Below, in pieces: positions 8,419 to 17,445 of a stretch of DNA of 64,000 nt. The notes under the pieces were generated by a model. The model searched no databases. It saw nothing but the letters and a program-made list of their open reading frames with translations, and was not told the origin of the DNA. The position numbers and the translations under genes were made by a program. Source of the stretch: Candidatus Gastranaerophilales bacterium (GTDB lineage: Bacteria; Cyanobacteriota; Vampirovibrionia; Gastranaerophilales; JANQFW01); contig JANQFW010000089.1 in assembly GCA_028277625.1 (NCBI GenBank), positions 15,815-79,814 of the forward strand. Direction: 5' to 3'. How positions within the stretch are numbered: the stretch's first letter is position 1; every line of letters begins with the position of its first letter.

Positions 8419-8469
8419 CATTGACCATCTGGCCAATACAAAACATTAAACCTGGTGGTCGATGTTTTT
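8419..8469 (+). terminator. intrinsic-terminator-like hairpin inside the divergent intergenic region (attenuator or sRNA 3' end)
   Basis: CATTGACCATCTGG (8419-8432) pairs with CCTGGTGGTCGATG (8451-8464): 14 positions, 2 G-U and 1 mismatch. Followed by TTTTT (8465-8469). About 130 nt upstream of the CDS starting at 8602. Confidence 0.45.
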
Positions 8470-8601
8470 GGTTACCTTAAAAGTTAATCTAAATGTAGTA
8501 TTCAAATATTTTTATTTTTTAAGTTTATTAAAAAACAACTAAATGGGAAGTAAAAATAAAAACAGACTGGGATTAAATATTGTTGAGGAGTGCCGGGTAA
8601 A

Positions 8602-10044
8602 ATGGTTAAGAAAAGAATTCTATCAATTACATTTTTGACAAGTGTATTGGCATTGAATTTTATAAATCCTTGTCTTGCAATGTTTGAGAGGGCTATATTA
8701 TCTAAAATAGCAATAACCCCTCAAAATAACGGGACATATAAAATTCTTGTCAAAACAGATAGAGATGTACCTATTAACAAAATAGTTAAATCAAAAAATA
8801 AAATTGTTTTAGACCTAAAAAATACAAAAGCATCTAAATTTGTTAATACTATATATAATAACTCTTTAGGTGTGGATCACGTAATAGTACAGCCTATTTC
8901 TGACAATAGGGTTAAGGTCTTCATAGAGGGTGAGAATATCTCATACAGCAATATCGTTCTCGACTCAAGAAGAGGCTTTTCGGTATTTGAGGGCTTAAGT
9001 AAAGAAGTTGATTACTCAAATCCTGTTTATTATAACGACCAGCCAACATTGGCTAATAACAAAGGTAAACCTAATTACAACTTAGGTTCCCCAGGGGATA
9101 TTGAACCGGTTCAATACATAGATGAACCACCCCCTATTAAACAAGATATTTTTAATCAAGCTAGTAAAAATGTTCAACCTAAAAAGGTTACAAAAAACAA
9201 GCCTGAACCTGTTAAAGCAAAAGAGTTTAAGAAGCAAGTAAATAAAAATACTCCTGAGGTTAATAACGTAGTTAACACTACCAGAGCTAAAAATAACAAC
9301 AACTATAAAAATACAGCTTATACAGACAAACAAACCAATAATTATAATCAAGAAGCGTATCAGGGGGGTAATTATTACAATAACAAAAATAATTATCAGT
9401 CCCAAAGAAGAAGTGCAGGTGCACTTTCAGGCTCAATGCATTCAAAGGTATCTGTGCTATCTGATGAAACGATATTAAGCAAGTTGTTTTCTTTAGATAT
9501 TTTTGATTGGGGTTTAAGATTTTTAGTATTGGCTTTTATTATCGTAGCGAGCTACAAGTTATTCTTTAGAAAACAACCTAAGTACACCATAGACTTAACT
9601 GATGACGATATGAGAGAAAGAGAATTAGCATTATTAAAGTCTATGAACGATAAATACGCGGCTACCAGCAATTCTAACTCTGGCTATGAAAGAAAACCAT
9701 CAAAAAAAGACGGGTACAGCTCCTTTACACAATATGGCTTAAATGAATACCAAAACAGCCAATTGCCACCAAGCAACAAGCCCAGAAAAGGACAAAAACC
9801 TATTGGTGTAAGAAAACAAAAACAAGTGCAAACACCAAGACCCGCAGCTAGAAAAAAAGTTCAACCACCACCGGAAAATACACCGAGTAAGCCTAAAATG
9901 ACTAGTAGGGAAAGTGAGTCTGAAAAAATAAGCATAGATAACAAAAGGTTCCTGGAGAAAATGGCGAAGATCTATGAAAAAAGCGGACGAAGTGATTTAG
10001 CTGAAGGAATACAAAATAATATAAAAAAAAGAACGATAATGTGA
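8602..10044 (+). CDS. AMIN-domain-like secreted/membrane protein with low-complexity Asn/Lys/Pro-rich regions
   Basis: GAGGAG RBS precedes the ATG at 8602 (the ORF track starts at GTG 8590). Signal-peptide-like N-terminus. The segment ITPQNNGTYKILVKTDRDV...KIVLDLKNTK...VDHVIVQPISDNRVKVFIEG matches the AMIN-domain pattern. One TM (FLVLAFIIVASYKLFF). Confidence 0.6.
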   Translation: MVKKRILSITFLTSVLALNFINPCLAMFERAILSKIAITPQNNGTYKILVKTDRDVPINKIVKSKNKIVLDLKNTKASKFVNTIYNNSLGVDHVIVQPISDNRVKVFIEGENISYSNIVLDSRRGFSVFEGLSKEVDYSNPVYYNDQPTLANNKGKPNYNLGSPGDIEPVQYIDEPPPIKQDIFNQASKNVQPKKVTKNKPEPVKAKEFKKQVNKNTPEVNNVVNTTRAKNNNNYKNTAYTDKQTNNYNQEAYQGGNYYNNKNNYQSQRRSAGALSGSMHSKVSVLSDETILSKLFSLDIFDWGLRFLVLAFIIVASYKLFFRKQPKYTIDLTDDDMRERELALLKSMNDKYAATSNSNSGYERKPSKKDGYSSFTQYGLNEYQNSQLPPSNKPRKGQKPIGVRKQKQVQTPRPAARKKVQPPPENTPSKPKMTSRESESEKISIDNKRFLEKMAKIYEKSGRSDLAEGIQNNIKKRTIM

Positions 10045-10058
10045 TGTCTTAAAAAGTA

Positions 10059-10088
10059 GGGGGAAGCGAAAGCTTCCTCTTTTTTTTA
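10059..10088 (+). terminator. rho-independent terminator
   Basis: GGGGAAGC-GAAA-GCTTCCTC stem-loop followed by T8, 15 nt after the stop at 10044. The reverse strand also has a U-rich tail, so it may serve the convergent toxin gene too. Confidence 0.7.
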
Positions 10089-10118
10089 TGGATTTTATTT
10101 AATTACCGTTATTTGATG

Positions 10119-10415
10119 CTAAGGATGAGGAGTAATAGCTATAATTGTAATTTCTCTCTTATCCGGTCCATAATACCAGAAGATCCTATATGCCGCAGGT
10201 GTGTTATTTTCTGCATAAGCTTCATATATTTTAAATCCATACGCCTTTGTTAACGAAGTGTATTCATGTGTATTTAACCCTGGATGTCGAGGATTAATCT
10301 CTAAGTAGCCAAGGGTTTTCCTTACTGCATTTAATCGCTTTTTTAGGCTTTTATCAGACTCAAGCTTATTTAGTTCAGCGTCAGCCCGATCTGTAAATAA
10401 TAATTCAAAAGTCAT
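10119..10415 (-). CDS. type II toxin, RelE/ParE-superfamily-like
   Basis: 98-aa ORF overlapping the upstream antitoxin-like gene by 4 nt (ATGA). Size and C-terminal ..REITIIAITPHP are typical of RelE/ParE-type toxins. Confidence 0.6.
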   Translation of the reverse strand: MTFELLFTDRADAELNKLESDKSLKKRLNAVRKTLGYLEINPRHPGLNTHEYTSLTKAYGFKIYEAYAENNTPAAYRIFWYYGPDKREITIIAITPHP

Positions 10416-10693
10416 TCTTCTATTTCATCTTTATCTTCTGTATATTCGGTAAAGCTTCCGCGTTTCTTAACTTTTCCTGATGCAGCATTCTGCAATCCTT
10501 CTTTGACTGCATTAAGTGCTTCTTTATTTTGGAAGAGCCAAGCTTCTTTCGCGGGTATTTCCACTTGTGGCTCAAGAAGAATAGAACCATCATTATTAAA
10601 GTGGACTTCATAGCTGCTTATGTTTTTTGCGATACTGCCTAGGGTTATTCTCCCTTTAGAATCAGGCTTTAAGTATTTTTTAGGAGTAGCCAT
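10412..10693 (-). CDS. AbrB/MazE/SpoVT-type antitoxin
   Basis: 93-aa ORF. The N-terminal KPDSKGRITLGS matches the swapped-hairpin AbrB/SpoVT motif. Acidic C-terminal tail. GGAGG RBS. Confidence 0.7.
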   Translation of the reverse strand: MATPKKYLKPDSKGRITLGSIAKNISSYEVHFNNDGSILLEPQVEIPAKEAWLFQNKEALNAVKEGLQNAASGKVKKRGSFTEYTEDKDEIEE

Positions 10694-10733
10694 TGTTTAT
10701 CCTCCAATTTATAATAATACCATTATAACAAAT

Positions 10734-10758
10734 TGTGGGAATCTTTCAATGTGGGAAT
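10734..10758 (-). promoter_or_regulatory. two direct ATTCCCACA repeats at the -35 position of the toxin-antitoxin promoter (candidate operator)
   Basis: TGTGGGAAT at 10734-10742 and 10750-10758 (16-bp period), just upstream (minus strand) of a TATAAT and the GGAGG-ATG of the antitoxin. Confidence 0.4.
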
Positions 10759-10759
10759 G

Positions 10760-10933
10760 TTAATTTATTAACACTACACCCAATACTTTCTTTAGCTTAC
10801 TGCCTGCGCTTTGACCACTAGTATTAGAAATACTACCAGCAAAAGAAATATTCGATTTAGCATTTTCTCTATCATCCTTAGAGTTGATTCTATTCACTCG
10901 ACCAGCTGAAATTCTGTTAATGTTAATCACCAT
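10760..10933 (-). CDS. possible unannotated 57-aa ORF
   Basis: ATG at 10933 to TAA at 10760-10762 (below the 60-aa ORF-track cut-off): MVININRISAGRVNRINSKDDRENAKSNISFAGSISNTSGQSAGSKLKKVLGVVLIN. The region is more G+C-rich than neighbouring spacers. GGAGGGA lies about 20 nt upstream. Confidence 0.25.
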   Translation of the reverse strand: MVININRISAGRVNRINSKDDRENAKSNISFAGSISNTSGQSAGSKLKKVLGVVLIN

Positions 10934-11051
10934 AAAGCTTCATAAAAGTCCCTCCATAAAAATAAAAGACAAAAATGAAATAAATTGCTATCCAATACTA
11001 AAAGGATGATACCATTGTATCACCCTTTTAAAATATTATTTCCTAAGCCTG

Positions 11052-11453
11052 TTATACTGATATATCAAGCTTGCTTGACTTTTTTTGATAAGCTTTCAGG
11101 TATTCTTCGGCTTTCTCAATTTTCTTATTGAGGCCTATATTTATACCATCGCAAAAAAATGCATCTTTCACTCGACGTAGGACTCCTATTTTATCAAAAG
11201 GAACCCACTGAGTCTCGTAGTTAGGATCATACTGTTTTATTTGGACCTCAAGCTCTTTAAGCTTTTTTCCATTCTTAAAATATTCTTTTTCTGTATCTAC
11301 TTGATTTTTTAAAACAAAAAGACCTACCACTGTTGCACCCACAGTTACTCCAAGTGCAGATTTGAAGCCAAAATCTTGTTTAGATTTATACGTAGATCTT
11401 GTTTGCTTACAGGAACCTATTTTATAATTTGTCAACATAATAACCACAATCAC
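11052..11453 (-). CDS. hypothetical protein with one TM segment
   Basis: 133-aa ORF with hydrophobic ALGVTVGATVVGLFVL. No family recognised. Confidence 0.45.
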   Translation of the reverse strand: MIVVIMLTNYKIGSCKQTRSTYKSKQDFGFKSALGVTVGATVVGLFVLKNQVDTEKEYFKNGKKLKELEVQIKQYDPNYETQWVPFDKIGVLRRVKDAFFCDGINIGLNKKIEKAEEYLKAYQKKSSKLDISV

Positions 11454-11745
11454 AGTAGTAAACTCAAATATTTAAAGATATAAGATAAATAAAAAATATA
11501 CTATCTATGAAACTAGTATATTATAAAAAGAATTATTAAGGATTAAATTGTAACAAAATATTATCAATAAATTTACAGTAATTACAGGTATAAATTATTT
11601 AAAAAACTACAGTAAACAAAAATATAACAATAAAAAAATGTTACTATCATTTGAATAAACGAACTATTACTAAGCTATTTCTTTATCGGCCTTAACTTCT
11701 AATCTAAAGCCTAGGCTCTTCAGCATTTTACCTATTGTACAAAAG

Positions 11746-11770
11746 TATAAAAAAAGCGGCAAATGCCGCT
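11746..11770 (-). terminator. rho-independent terminator of the flagellar operon
   Basis: On the minus strand, AGCGGC-AUUU-GCCGCU followed by U7-8, about 40 nt after the flgL stop. Confidence 0.75.
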
Positions 11771-11808
11771 TAAATTAATTAAGTGAGATGATTAATATAT
11801 TTAATTCT

Positions 11809-12744
11809 TTAAATCTTTCCTAATAAACTTGGCTGTATAGCTCTTGCACTGGCAGATAAAGAAGCCTGCAAAGCTGTCTCCTGAAACTTAATCTCAGAAA
11901 TAACCTTAGCAAGGTCAATATCTTGATTGGCAGACAAAAACTTTGTATAAGTAAGCTCATCATCAGCAAGCTTATTCTTTGTCATATCAAGTCTAGTCAA
12001 CCTACCACCAAGCTCTGCCTGCACATTAAGCAAGTTATCCAAGTCATCATCCAATACATCCAGCTGCTCTCTAATATTATCTTTAGAGGGGGTATCGGAT
12101 TTTAACTCATTACTTATGGTCTTAAGGGTGTTCAATAACCCATGCTGCTGCGGAGGATCAGAGCTAGTATCATACTGACCAAATACTTCATCCGCAACCA
12201 TGTTTATAGGCATAGTAACATTTTGGCTAATTTCAACATTCCTTTCAAAGCTCTCATCAGATTTAGTACCCTTATACGAAATATTGTCACCATCAACATC
12301 ATAAGGCTCTCTATCTGTTATCTTTCCACCAAATAAAAATTTAGAATTATATCTAGTATTACCTAAATCCATAATACGATTAACTAACTGGTCCATTTCA
12401 TTAGCTATATCCTTCATCTGATCAGAACCAAGTGTAGTATTAGATGCCTGCACAGTAAGTTCTTTAGCCCTATGCACAACATCAACAGCGCTTAATACTG
12501 ATCGATCAGCAATATTCAATTCTGCTGTAGCATAATCAATATTAGTCTTAAATGTATCAATAGAACCCAAAACCTTTTTATTAAACATAATATTCATAGA
12601 TGCAACAGTATTATCAGATGGCTTGTTAACCGCCTTACCAGATGCCAGCTGCTCATTTAAATCATTAAATTTTGATCTATTTACAAGAAGATTGTCTATA
12701 ATATTATCATTTAGCAATCTATCTGTTATTCTTGTGTAAACCAT
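11809..12744 (-). CDS. flgL: flagellar hook-associated protein 3 (flagellin-family)
   Basis: 311 aa. Flagellin-type N-terminus (RITDRLL..N....L...S.....LASGK....PSDN) and C-terminus. Sits directly after flgK. Confidence 0.85.
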   Translation of the reverse strand: MVYTRITDRLLNDNIIDNLLVNRSKFNDLNEQLASGKAVNKPSDNTVASMNIMFNKKVLGSIDTFKTNIDYATAELNIADRSVLSAVDVVHRAKELTVQASNTTLGSDQMKDIANEMDQLVNRIMDLGNTRYNSKFLFGGKITDREPYDVDGDNISYKGTKSDESFERNVEISQNVTMPINMVADEVFGQYDTSSDPPQQHGLLNTLKTISNELKSDTPSKDNIREQLDVLDDDLDNLLNVQAELGGRLTRLDMTKNKLADDELTYTKFLSANQDIDLAKVISEIKFQETALQASLSASARAIQPSLLGKI

Positions 12745-12765
12745 ATCTCACTTATCCCTATACAC

Positions 12766-14331
12766 TTAAACTATATTAATTATTGTTTCTAAGGCTTTAT
12801 TAACAGAGTTTAACACTTTAGCAGAAGCCTCATACGCTCTTTGATACTTAAGCAAATCGGTTAGCTCTTCATCCAGGTTAACACCCATGATAGACTCACG
12901 CTTTGTCTTGATATTTTTCATAATAGAATCCTGAGCCTCATAACTCTGTTTAATACTGCTGGATTCAATACCAATCTTACCCACTACTGAACTCAAAAAG
13001 TCCTCAAATGTAGCATTTTCAAGATCAGAATTATACTCATTCCTCAACTGAGCTATAGCAAGAGCGTTACTACCATCACCTTTTTCTAAAACATTATCAG
13101 AGGTAGCAGTTGCGATCTTAAAGACATCTTTTACAATATTGCCATTAACACTAAGGTTAGAAGCAGTTATATCAGCAATATCACCATTCTCATCAACAAA
13201 AATATTTTCAGGTACTTCATCAGGGTTATTAACAGGATCACTAAGCCTATTTTCCTCAATAACAATATATTTTCCTGCAGTCTGAATATTATTAACAGCT
13301 TCAGCGAATTCTTGAGCTAGCTTGTTTAATTTAGCCATAATATTATTAGTTGTTAACTTGTCAGGGTCATCAAAGTCATAACTAACTGAGTCAAGAACCC
13401 CTGCAATCTGGCCGGTATCAAACAAGTCATTAGCATTATCATTAACAACAACGTCATCTTCGATTCTTGTCAGGGTAATAACAGTAGGATCATAGCTACC
13501 TTCAGCTCCAGCTCCCATAGACTCAGTATTAAACTCAACACCGAATTCAATATGCTTAGTATCACCATCTAATATCTCATAATTGCCTATAGCTATAGAG
13601 AGATTATTATTTGCTTTTTCTGTAACCTCAATAGGTACATATTCAGCGATTTTATCTAATAAACGATCTCTTTCATCCATCAAGCCGTTAGGGGCAGTAC
13701 CCATAGCCGAGGAAAGACCAATAACCCTGTTTAATTCAATCAATGCATCAAACTTAGTATTTAATTCTGATGTGATAAGACCCAGTTTTGACTTATCAAG
13801 TGACCCGGGGTTGGCTGAATTGCCTACAAGATTTTCTTGAATGCTTGTTAATTGATTAGCTGTATTATTAAAATTCTGTGTCAGATCCATTGCCTTTTGT
13901 ACAAAATTAGTCCTGGTAACAGAATCCACAGGATCCATACTTAACTTGTGAGAAGCATCATAAAACTGTACAAAAGCATCGCTAATGCCGCCTTCGTCCA
14001 ATTCATTAGCTGCATCTTCTATCAATGAGATATTAGAATCAAGCTCTTTATAATAATTAAAAGTAGTTGATTCGCTTCTATAATAATTGTCAAAGTAGGT
14101 TTCGCGATTTCTGGTAACAGTATCAACCATAGAGCCGACACCCATTTGAGCTGCAACACTACCAATATTAGAACCCGTACTCATTACAACTTTTTGTGAA
14201 AGCTCCAAGCGTTGTTTACTATATCCAGGCGTGTTTATATTGGCTATATTATTATTAATAAGGTTAATAGCTGCTTGATTTAATTGCAAAGATCTCTGTG
14301 CTGTATATATCCCAAACATACTGGATGGCAT
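12766..14331 (-). CDS. flgK: flagellar hook-associated protein 1
   Basis: 521 aa. N-terminal FGIYTAQRSLQLNQAAINLINNNIANINTPGYSKQ and C-terminal LLKYQRAYEASAKV motifs typical of FlgK. Confidence 0.9.
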   Translation of the reverse strand: MPSSMFGIYTAQRSLQLNQAAINLINNNIANINTPGYSKQRLELSQKVVMSTGSNIGSVAAQMGVGSMVDTVTRNRETYFDNYYRSESTTFNYYKELDSNISLIEDAANELDEGGISDAFVQFYDASHKLSMDPVDSVTRTNFVQKAMDLTQNFNNTANQLTSIQENLVGNSANPGSLDKSKLGLITSELNTKFDALIELNRVIGLSSAMGTAPNGLMDERDRLLDKIAEYVPIEVTEKANNNLSIAIGNYEILDGDTKHIEFGVEFNTESMGAGAEGSYDPTVITLTRIEDDVVVNDNANDLFDTGQIAGVLDSVSYDFDDPDKLTTNNIMAKLNKLAQEFAEAVNNIQTAGKYIVIEENRLSDPVNNPDEVPENIFVDENGDIADITASNLSVNGNIVKDVFKIATATSDNVLEKGDGSNALAIAQLRNEYNSDLENATFEDFLSSVVGKIGIESSSIKQSYEAQDSIMKNIKTKRESIMGVNLDEELTDLLKYQRAYEASAKVLNSVNKALETIINIV

Positions 14332-14438
14332 TTTCTTTTCTCCCCAAGGTTTTAAAGTAAAATTTCTTTTTAGGCTTGCCTGCCATAGGCTTCACCTATA
14401 TAATAGCCATTTGGAATCTCTTCTTAATTAATATATAT

Positions 14439-14918
14439 TTAAGCTTCTTCAACTATAGAGCTTAAACTTATAGAGCTTTTAAGATCATTCTTTCTTCCCA
14501 AGCTATCATAAGAAGAATTTTGAGGTTTAAATGCACTGACTATAATATCAACAGTACCTTCCACCATCCTCATAGAATGCTTTAGCAGCTCTGTATTTAT
14601 AAAATTCATTTTTTTTATGCTTTCAGCCTTATTTTTTAATCTATTTGACTTACTTAGTATTCTTTTTTTGTTTATATCATTTTTTAAATTGAATAAAAAA
14701 TCAGCAATCTTTTTATCACCGGTCAAGGTTAATCTTTGTTCTGCTAAATCCTTAATATTGCCGGATACTTCTTGAATCAAAATATCTATGTTATTTAATT
14801 GCTCTAAGTCGCTGTTTATTAGAGCATCTCTCTTCTGAATCATATAATTTTCTAATGCCGAATATGATTCAATTTCCTTATTTATAAAATTTTCTAATTC
14901 TAATAAATTATTCACCAA
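14439..14918 (-). CDS. flgN: FlgN-like flagellar export chaperone
   Basis: 159-aa helical protein immediately upstream of flgK. The N-terminal Y..LE.....K..ALI..DLE.L pattern resembles the FlgN family. TTG start with a G6 RBS. Confidence 0.5.
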   Translation of the reverse strand: MVNNLLELENFINKEIESYSALENYMIQKRDALINSDLEQLNNIDILIQEVSGNIKDLAEQRLTLTGDKKIADFLFNLKNDINKKRILSKSNRLKNKAESIKKMNFINTELLKHSMRMVEGTVDIIVSAFKPQNSSYDSLGRKNDLKSSISLSSIVEEA

Positions 14919-15034
14919 AACAAATCCCCCCGGCCTTACAACCCAAAACAGTGATTATAAAAAACCAGAACTAAAACCAATACTACAATCTCAAACGTAC
15001 AAAACAGTTATCAGATTTTATTTTCCACCTTCCC

Positions 15035-15247
15035 TCAATTACCAATAAGCCTGCAAATTACATCATGGGCAACATGGTTATAAACAGAGGTTTCATGCTT
15101 CAATCCCGACATACCTGCACGGACCAGTTTTTTGACATGAATAAAATCATGCAACATGCCATCATTATCATGATTCAACCTACAACACTCAGGAGCTTCA
15201 TTAAGCCTATTTAAATATTCTTTTTGACTCATAATACATAAAAACAT
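15035..15247 (-). CDS. hypothetical 70-aa His/Cys-rich protein in the position usually held by flgM
   Basis: GAGGTG RBS 5 nt before the ATG. Sequence is not FlgM-like (4 Cys, 6 His). Confidence 0.5.
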   Translation of the reverse strand: MFLCIMSQKEYLNRLNEAPECCRLNHDNDGMLHDFIHVKKLVRAGMSGLKHETSVYNHVAHDVICRLIGN

Positions 15248-15277
15248 GAAATCACCTCTAAATGATCATTATATAAC

Positions 15278-15613
15278 TCATGACTGTCGCTTCATTTGTT
15301 CATAAACCTGTTTAGCCATCCCCATACTGGTTGAAGGATTAGAAGAAATCTTCAAAGCAATCTCTTGATTTAGCATCGATTTAAAAGTTTCTTCTCCTCT
15401 ACCACCACTAATAAATCCGGATTTTTCAACAGTAGAGTCCATAACATCTATTAATTTTTTAACGAAAATAGCCTCGAACTCGCCAGCTGTTTTCATTAAC
15501 TTTTCATCATCCTTATCAGCTTTTTGCAAAGACTTGATATTATTCTCTAACGCATCAAGGTTAGAACCGTTCATATTATATATAGTTGAATTAATATCCA
15601 CAGGATTCATCAT
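15278..15613 (-). CDS. flagellar rod-binding protein (FlgJ N-terminal domain only)
   Basis: 111 aa. AGEFEAIFVKKLIDVM...TFKSMLNQEIA matches the Rod_binding (FlgJ N-terminal) pattern. No glucosaminidase domain. Confidence 0.75.
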   Translation of the reverse strand: MMNPVDINSTIYNMNGSNLDALENNIKSLQKADKDDEKLMKTAGEFEAIFVKKLIDVMDSTVEKSGFISGGRGEETFKSMLNQEIALKISSNPSTSMGMAKQVYEQMKRQS

Positions 15614-15643
15614 TCTTCATACCTCCAGCAAGGTTTACCTAAC

Positions 15644-16753
15644 CTAAATAATTTCCAATGCCGCTTGCAAGCTGCCGGCAGCTTTTAACGCCTGCAGAAT
15701 AGAAATTAAATCATAAGGACTAACCCCTATTGAGTTTAAAGCAGTAACCAACTCGCTTAAGTTAGCATTAGAGGCAAGTTCTACTACATTACCAGGTTGC
15801 TTATCAACACTGATTTCCGTATCTTTAACTACTTCTGTACTGCCTTCTCCCAGTGGATTAGGCTGAGAGACCTCACTTGTGGACTTGACCGTCACTGTCA
15901 AGTTGCCGTGAGCAACAGCGGCAGGCAATAATTTAACTTCACTACCTATAACAATAGTTCCGGTTCTCTCATTTATAACTACTCGTGCAGCATTTTCAGT
16001 AGTATCAACTCTTAAATTTTCAAGAATAGAAATAAAACCAATCTTGTTTGACCTAAATTTTTCAGGAATCAAGATCTTTATTGTATTACCATCTATGGCT
16101 TTAGCTTTAGCCAGATTATCGCTTACGGTCTGAGTAATTCTTGCAGCCATAGTAAAATCTGATCTGTTTAGTACCAGCTTTAAGCTTTTCTCGCCACCAA
16201 TTGGTGTATTTATATCTCTTTCGATAATAGCACCATTAGGTATTCTACCTGATGTTGAAATTGTTGTTTTTACCCTACTTCCACCAGCAGAAATATCAGT
16301 CCCACCAGTACTAACAGGACCTTGTGCCATAGCAATGACTTCACCATTTGGAGCCAAAAGCTGAGCTTGAACTAAAACTCCACCCTCTAAACTCTTTGCA
16401 TCAGCAAGAGAAGAAACAATAATGTCAATTTTATCTCCACTTTTTGCAAATGGTGGCACTTTTGCAGTTATAATAACTGCAGCTGTATTACCTTTTTTAA
16501 TATCATTACTATTTGTTATTACAGTACCCAGATTAGAAAGCATTGCTTGATTGGTTATTTGCGTTGATCTACTGTTATCTCCGGTGCCCGGTAAACCAAC
16601 GACTATACCATAACCAACAAGTTGATTCTCTCTAATACCATCAATATGTGTTACATCTTTAATTCTGACACTTGTTGCAAAAGACGCTGGTGTCATTATA
16701 TTCAGTAATATCAATAAAAATAATAATAAAATAATTTTAATTTTCTTAATCAT
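15644..16753 (-). CDS. flgI: flagellar P-ring protein
   Basis: FlgI-like over its full length (RIKDV...RENQLVGYGIVVGL.GTGD...). Signal peptide. The ATG at 16753 follows AGGTGGGA (the ORF track starts at GTG 16765). Confidence 0.95.
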   Translation of the reverse strand: MIKKIKIILLLFLLILLNIMTPASFATSVRIKDVTHIDGIRENQLVGYGIVVGLPGTGDNSRSTQITNQAMLSNLGTVITNSNDIKKGNTAAVIITAKVPPFAKSGDKIDIIVSSLADAKSLEGGVLVQAQLLAPNGEVIAMAQGPVSTGGTDISAGGSRVKTTISTSGRIPNGAIIERDINTPIGGEKSLKLVLNRSDFTMAARITQTVSDNLAKAKAIDGNTIKILIPEKFRSNKIGFISILENLRVDTTENAARVVINERTGTIVIGSEVKLLPAAVAHGNLTVTVKSTSEVSQPNPLGEGSTEVVKDTEISVDKQPGNVVELASNANLSELVTALNSIGVSPYDLISILQALKAAGSLQAALEII

Positions 16754-16798
16754 ATCAATTCCCACCTAATTAATTTAATTCACAAACAATCAAATTAA

Positions 16799-17428
16799 CT
16801 AAAATAAATGCCTCAACACTCTATTAACCGGTGATACTATCTCTGAGCGAGATATAGTACCTTTGCTAATAACAGCCATCTGTAAATTTGCAATATATTT
16901 TGAGCTCACGGAACCAGAACTTGTAATCATTCGGGGATCCACAACACCACTCAAAATTAAATTCACTTTATCAGGTCCGTTTATAGCTGTTTTTTTGCCT
17001 TGAATTACAAGATTGCCATTAGGCATGATCTGAACAACTTGTGCTGCAACAGTATTACTTATCTTTGTTGTCCTTGATATGCTTGATTTATTATCATTTT
17101 CAAGGGCACCACCAAATCCACTAACTTCTTTGGGGATAAGCCTCCCAGGTAAAATCTTGTTTAACAAGGATGAAAAATTATCTGTTGTTGATGAATCCCT
17201 GGCAACACTAAGGGTTACTTTATCTGAAGATGTGTATTGTTCATCTATTTGAACAATAACCAAATCTCCTATAGTTCTTGCTTTTGTACTGCCAAATAAA
17301 GATCTTGGTTGAGAGCTATAAACATTTTGAGAAACACCTGTTCTAAACAAAGACTCTGCCAGTACTTCACTTTGAACTGTTATAGCAGCCAAAGTCAAAA
17401 TTATAAATTTTATTATCCCTGTTTTCAT
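16799..17428 (-). CDS. flgH: flagellar L-ring protein
   Basis: 209 aa. Signal peptide and a FlgH-type core (SLF....A..IGD.V.V.I.E...). Confidence 0.9.
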   Translation of the reverse strand: MKTGIIKFIILTLAAITVQSEVLAESLFRTGVSQNVYSSQPRSLFGSTKARTIGDLVIVQIDEQYTSSDKVTLSVARDSSTTDNFSSLLNKILPGRLIPKEVSGFGGALENDNKSSISRTTKISNTVAAQVVQIMPNGNLVIQGKKTAINGPDKVNLILSGVVDPRMITSSGSVSSKYIANLQMAVISKGTISRSEIVSPVNRVLRHLF

Positions 17429-17445
17429 AGCAATTATCCCTATAT

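Noticed and set aside
11693-11700. GCCGATAA (minus strand), identical to the sigma-28 -10 consensus, just after the flgL terminator
   Set aside because: The expected TAAA -35 element 15 nt upstream is absent (CTTTAG instead), and the next minus-strand CDS starts about 240 nt away. It is too weak to call a FliA promoter from sequence alone.
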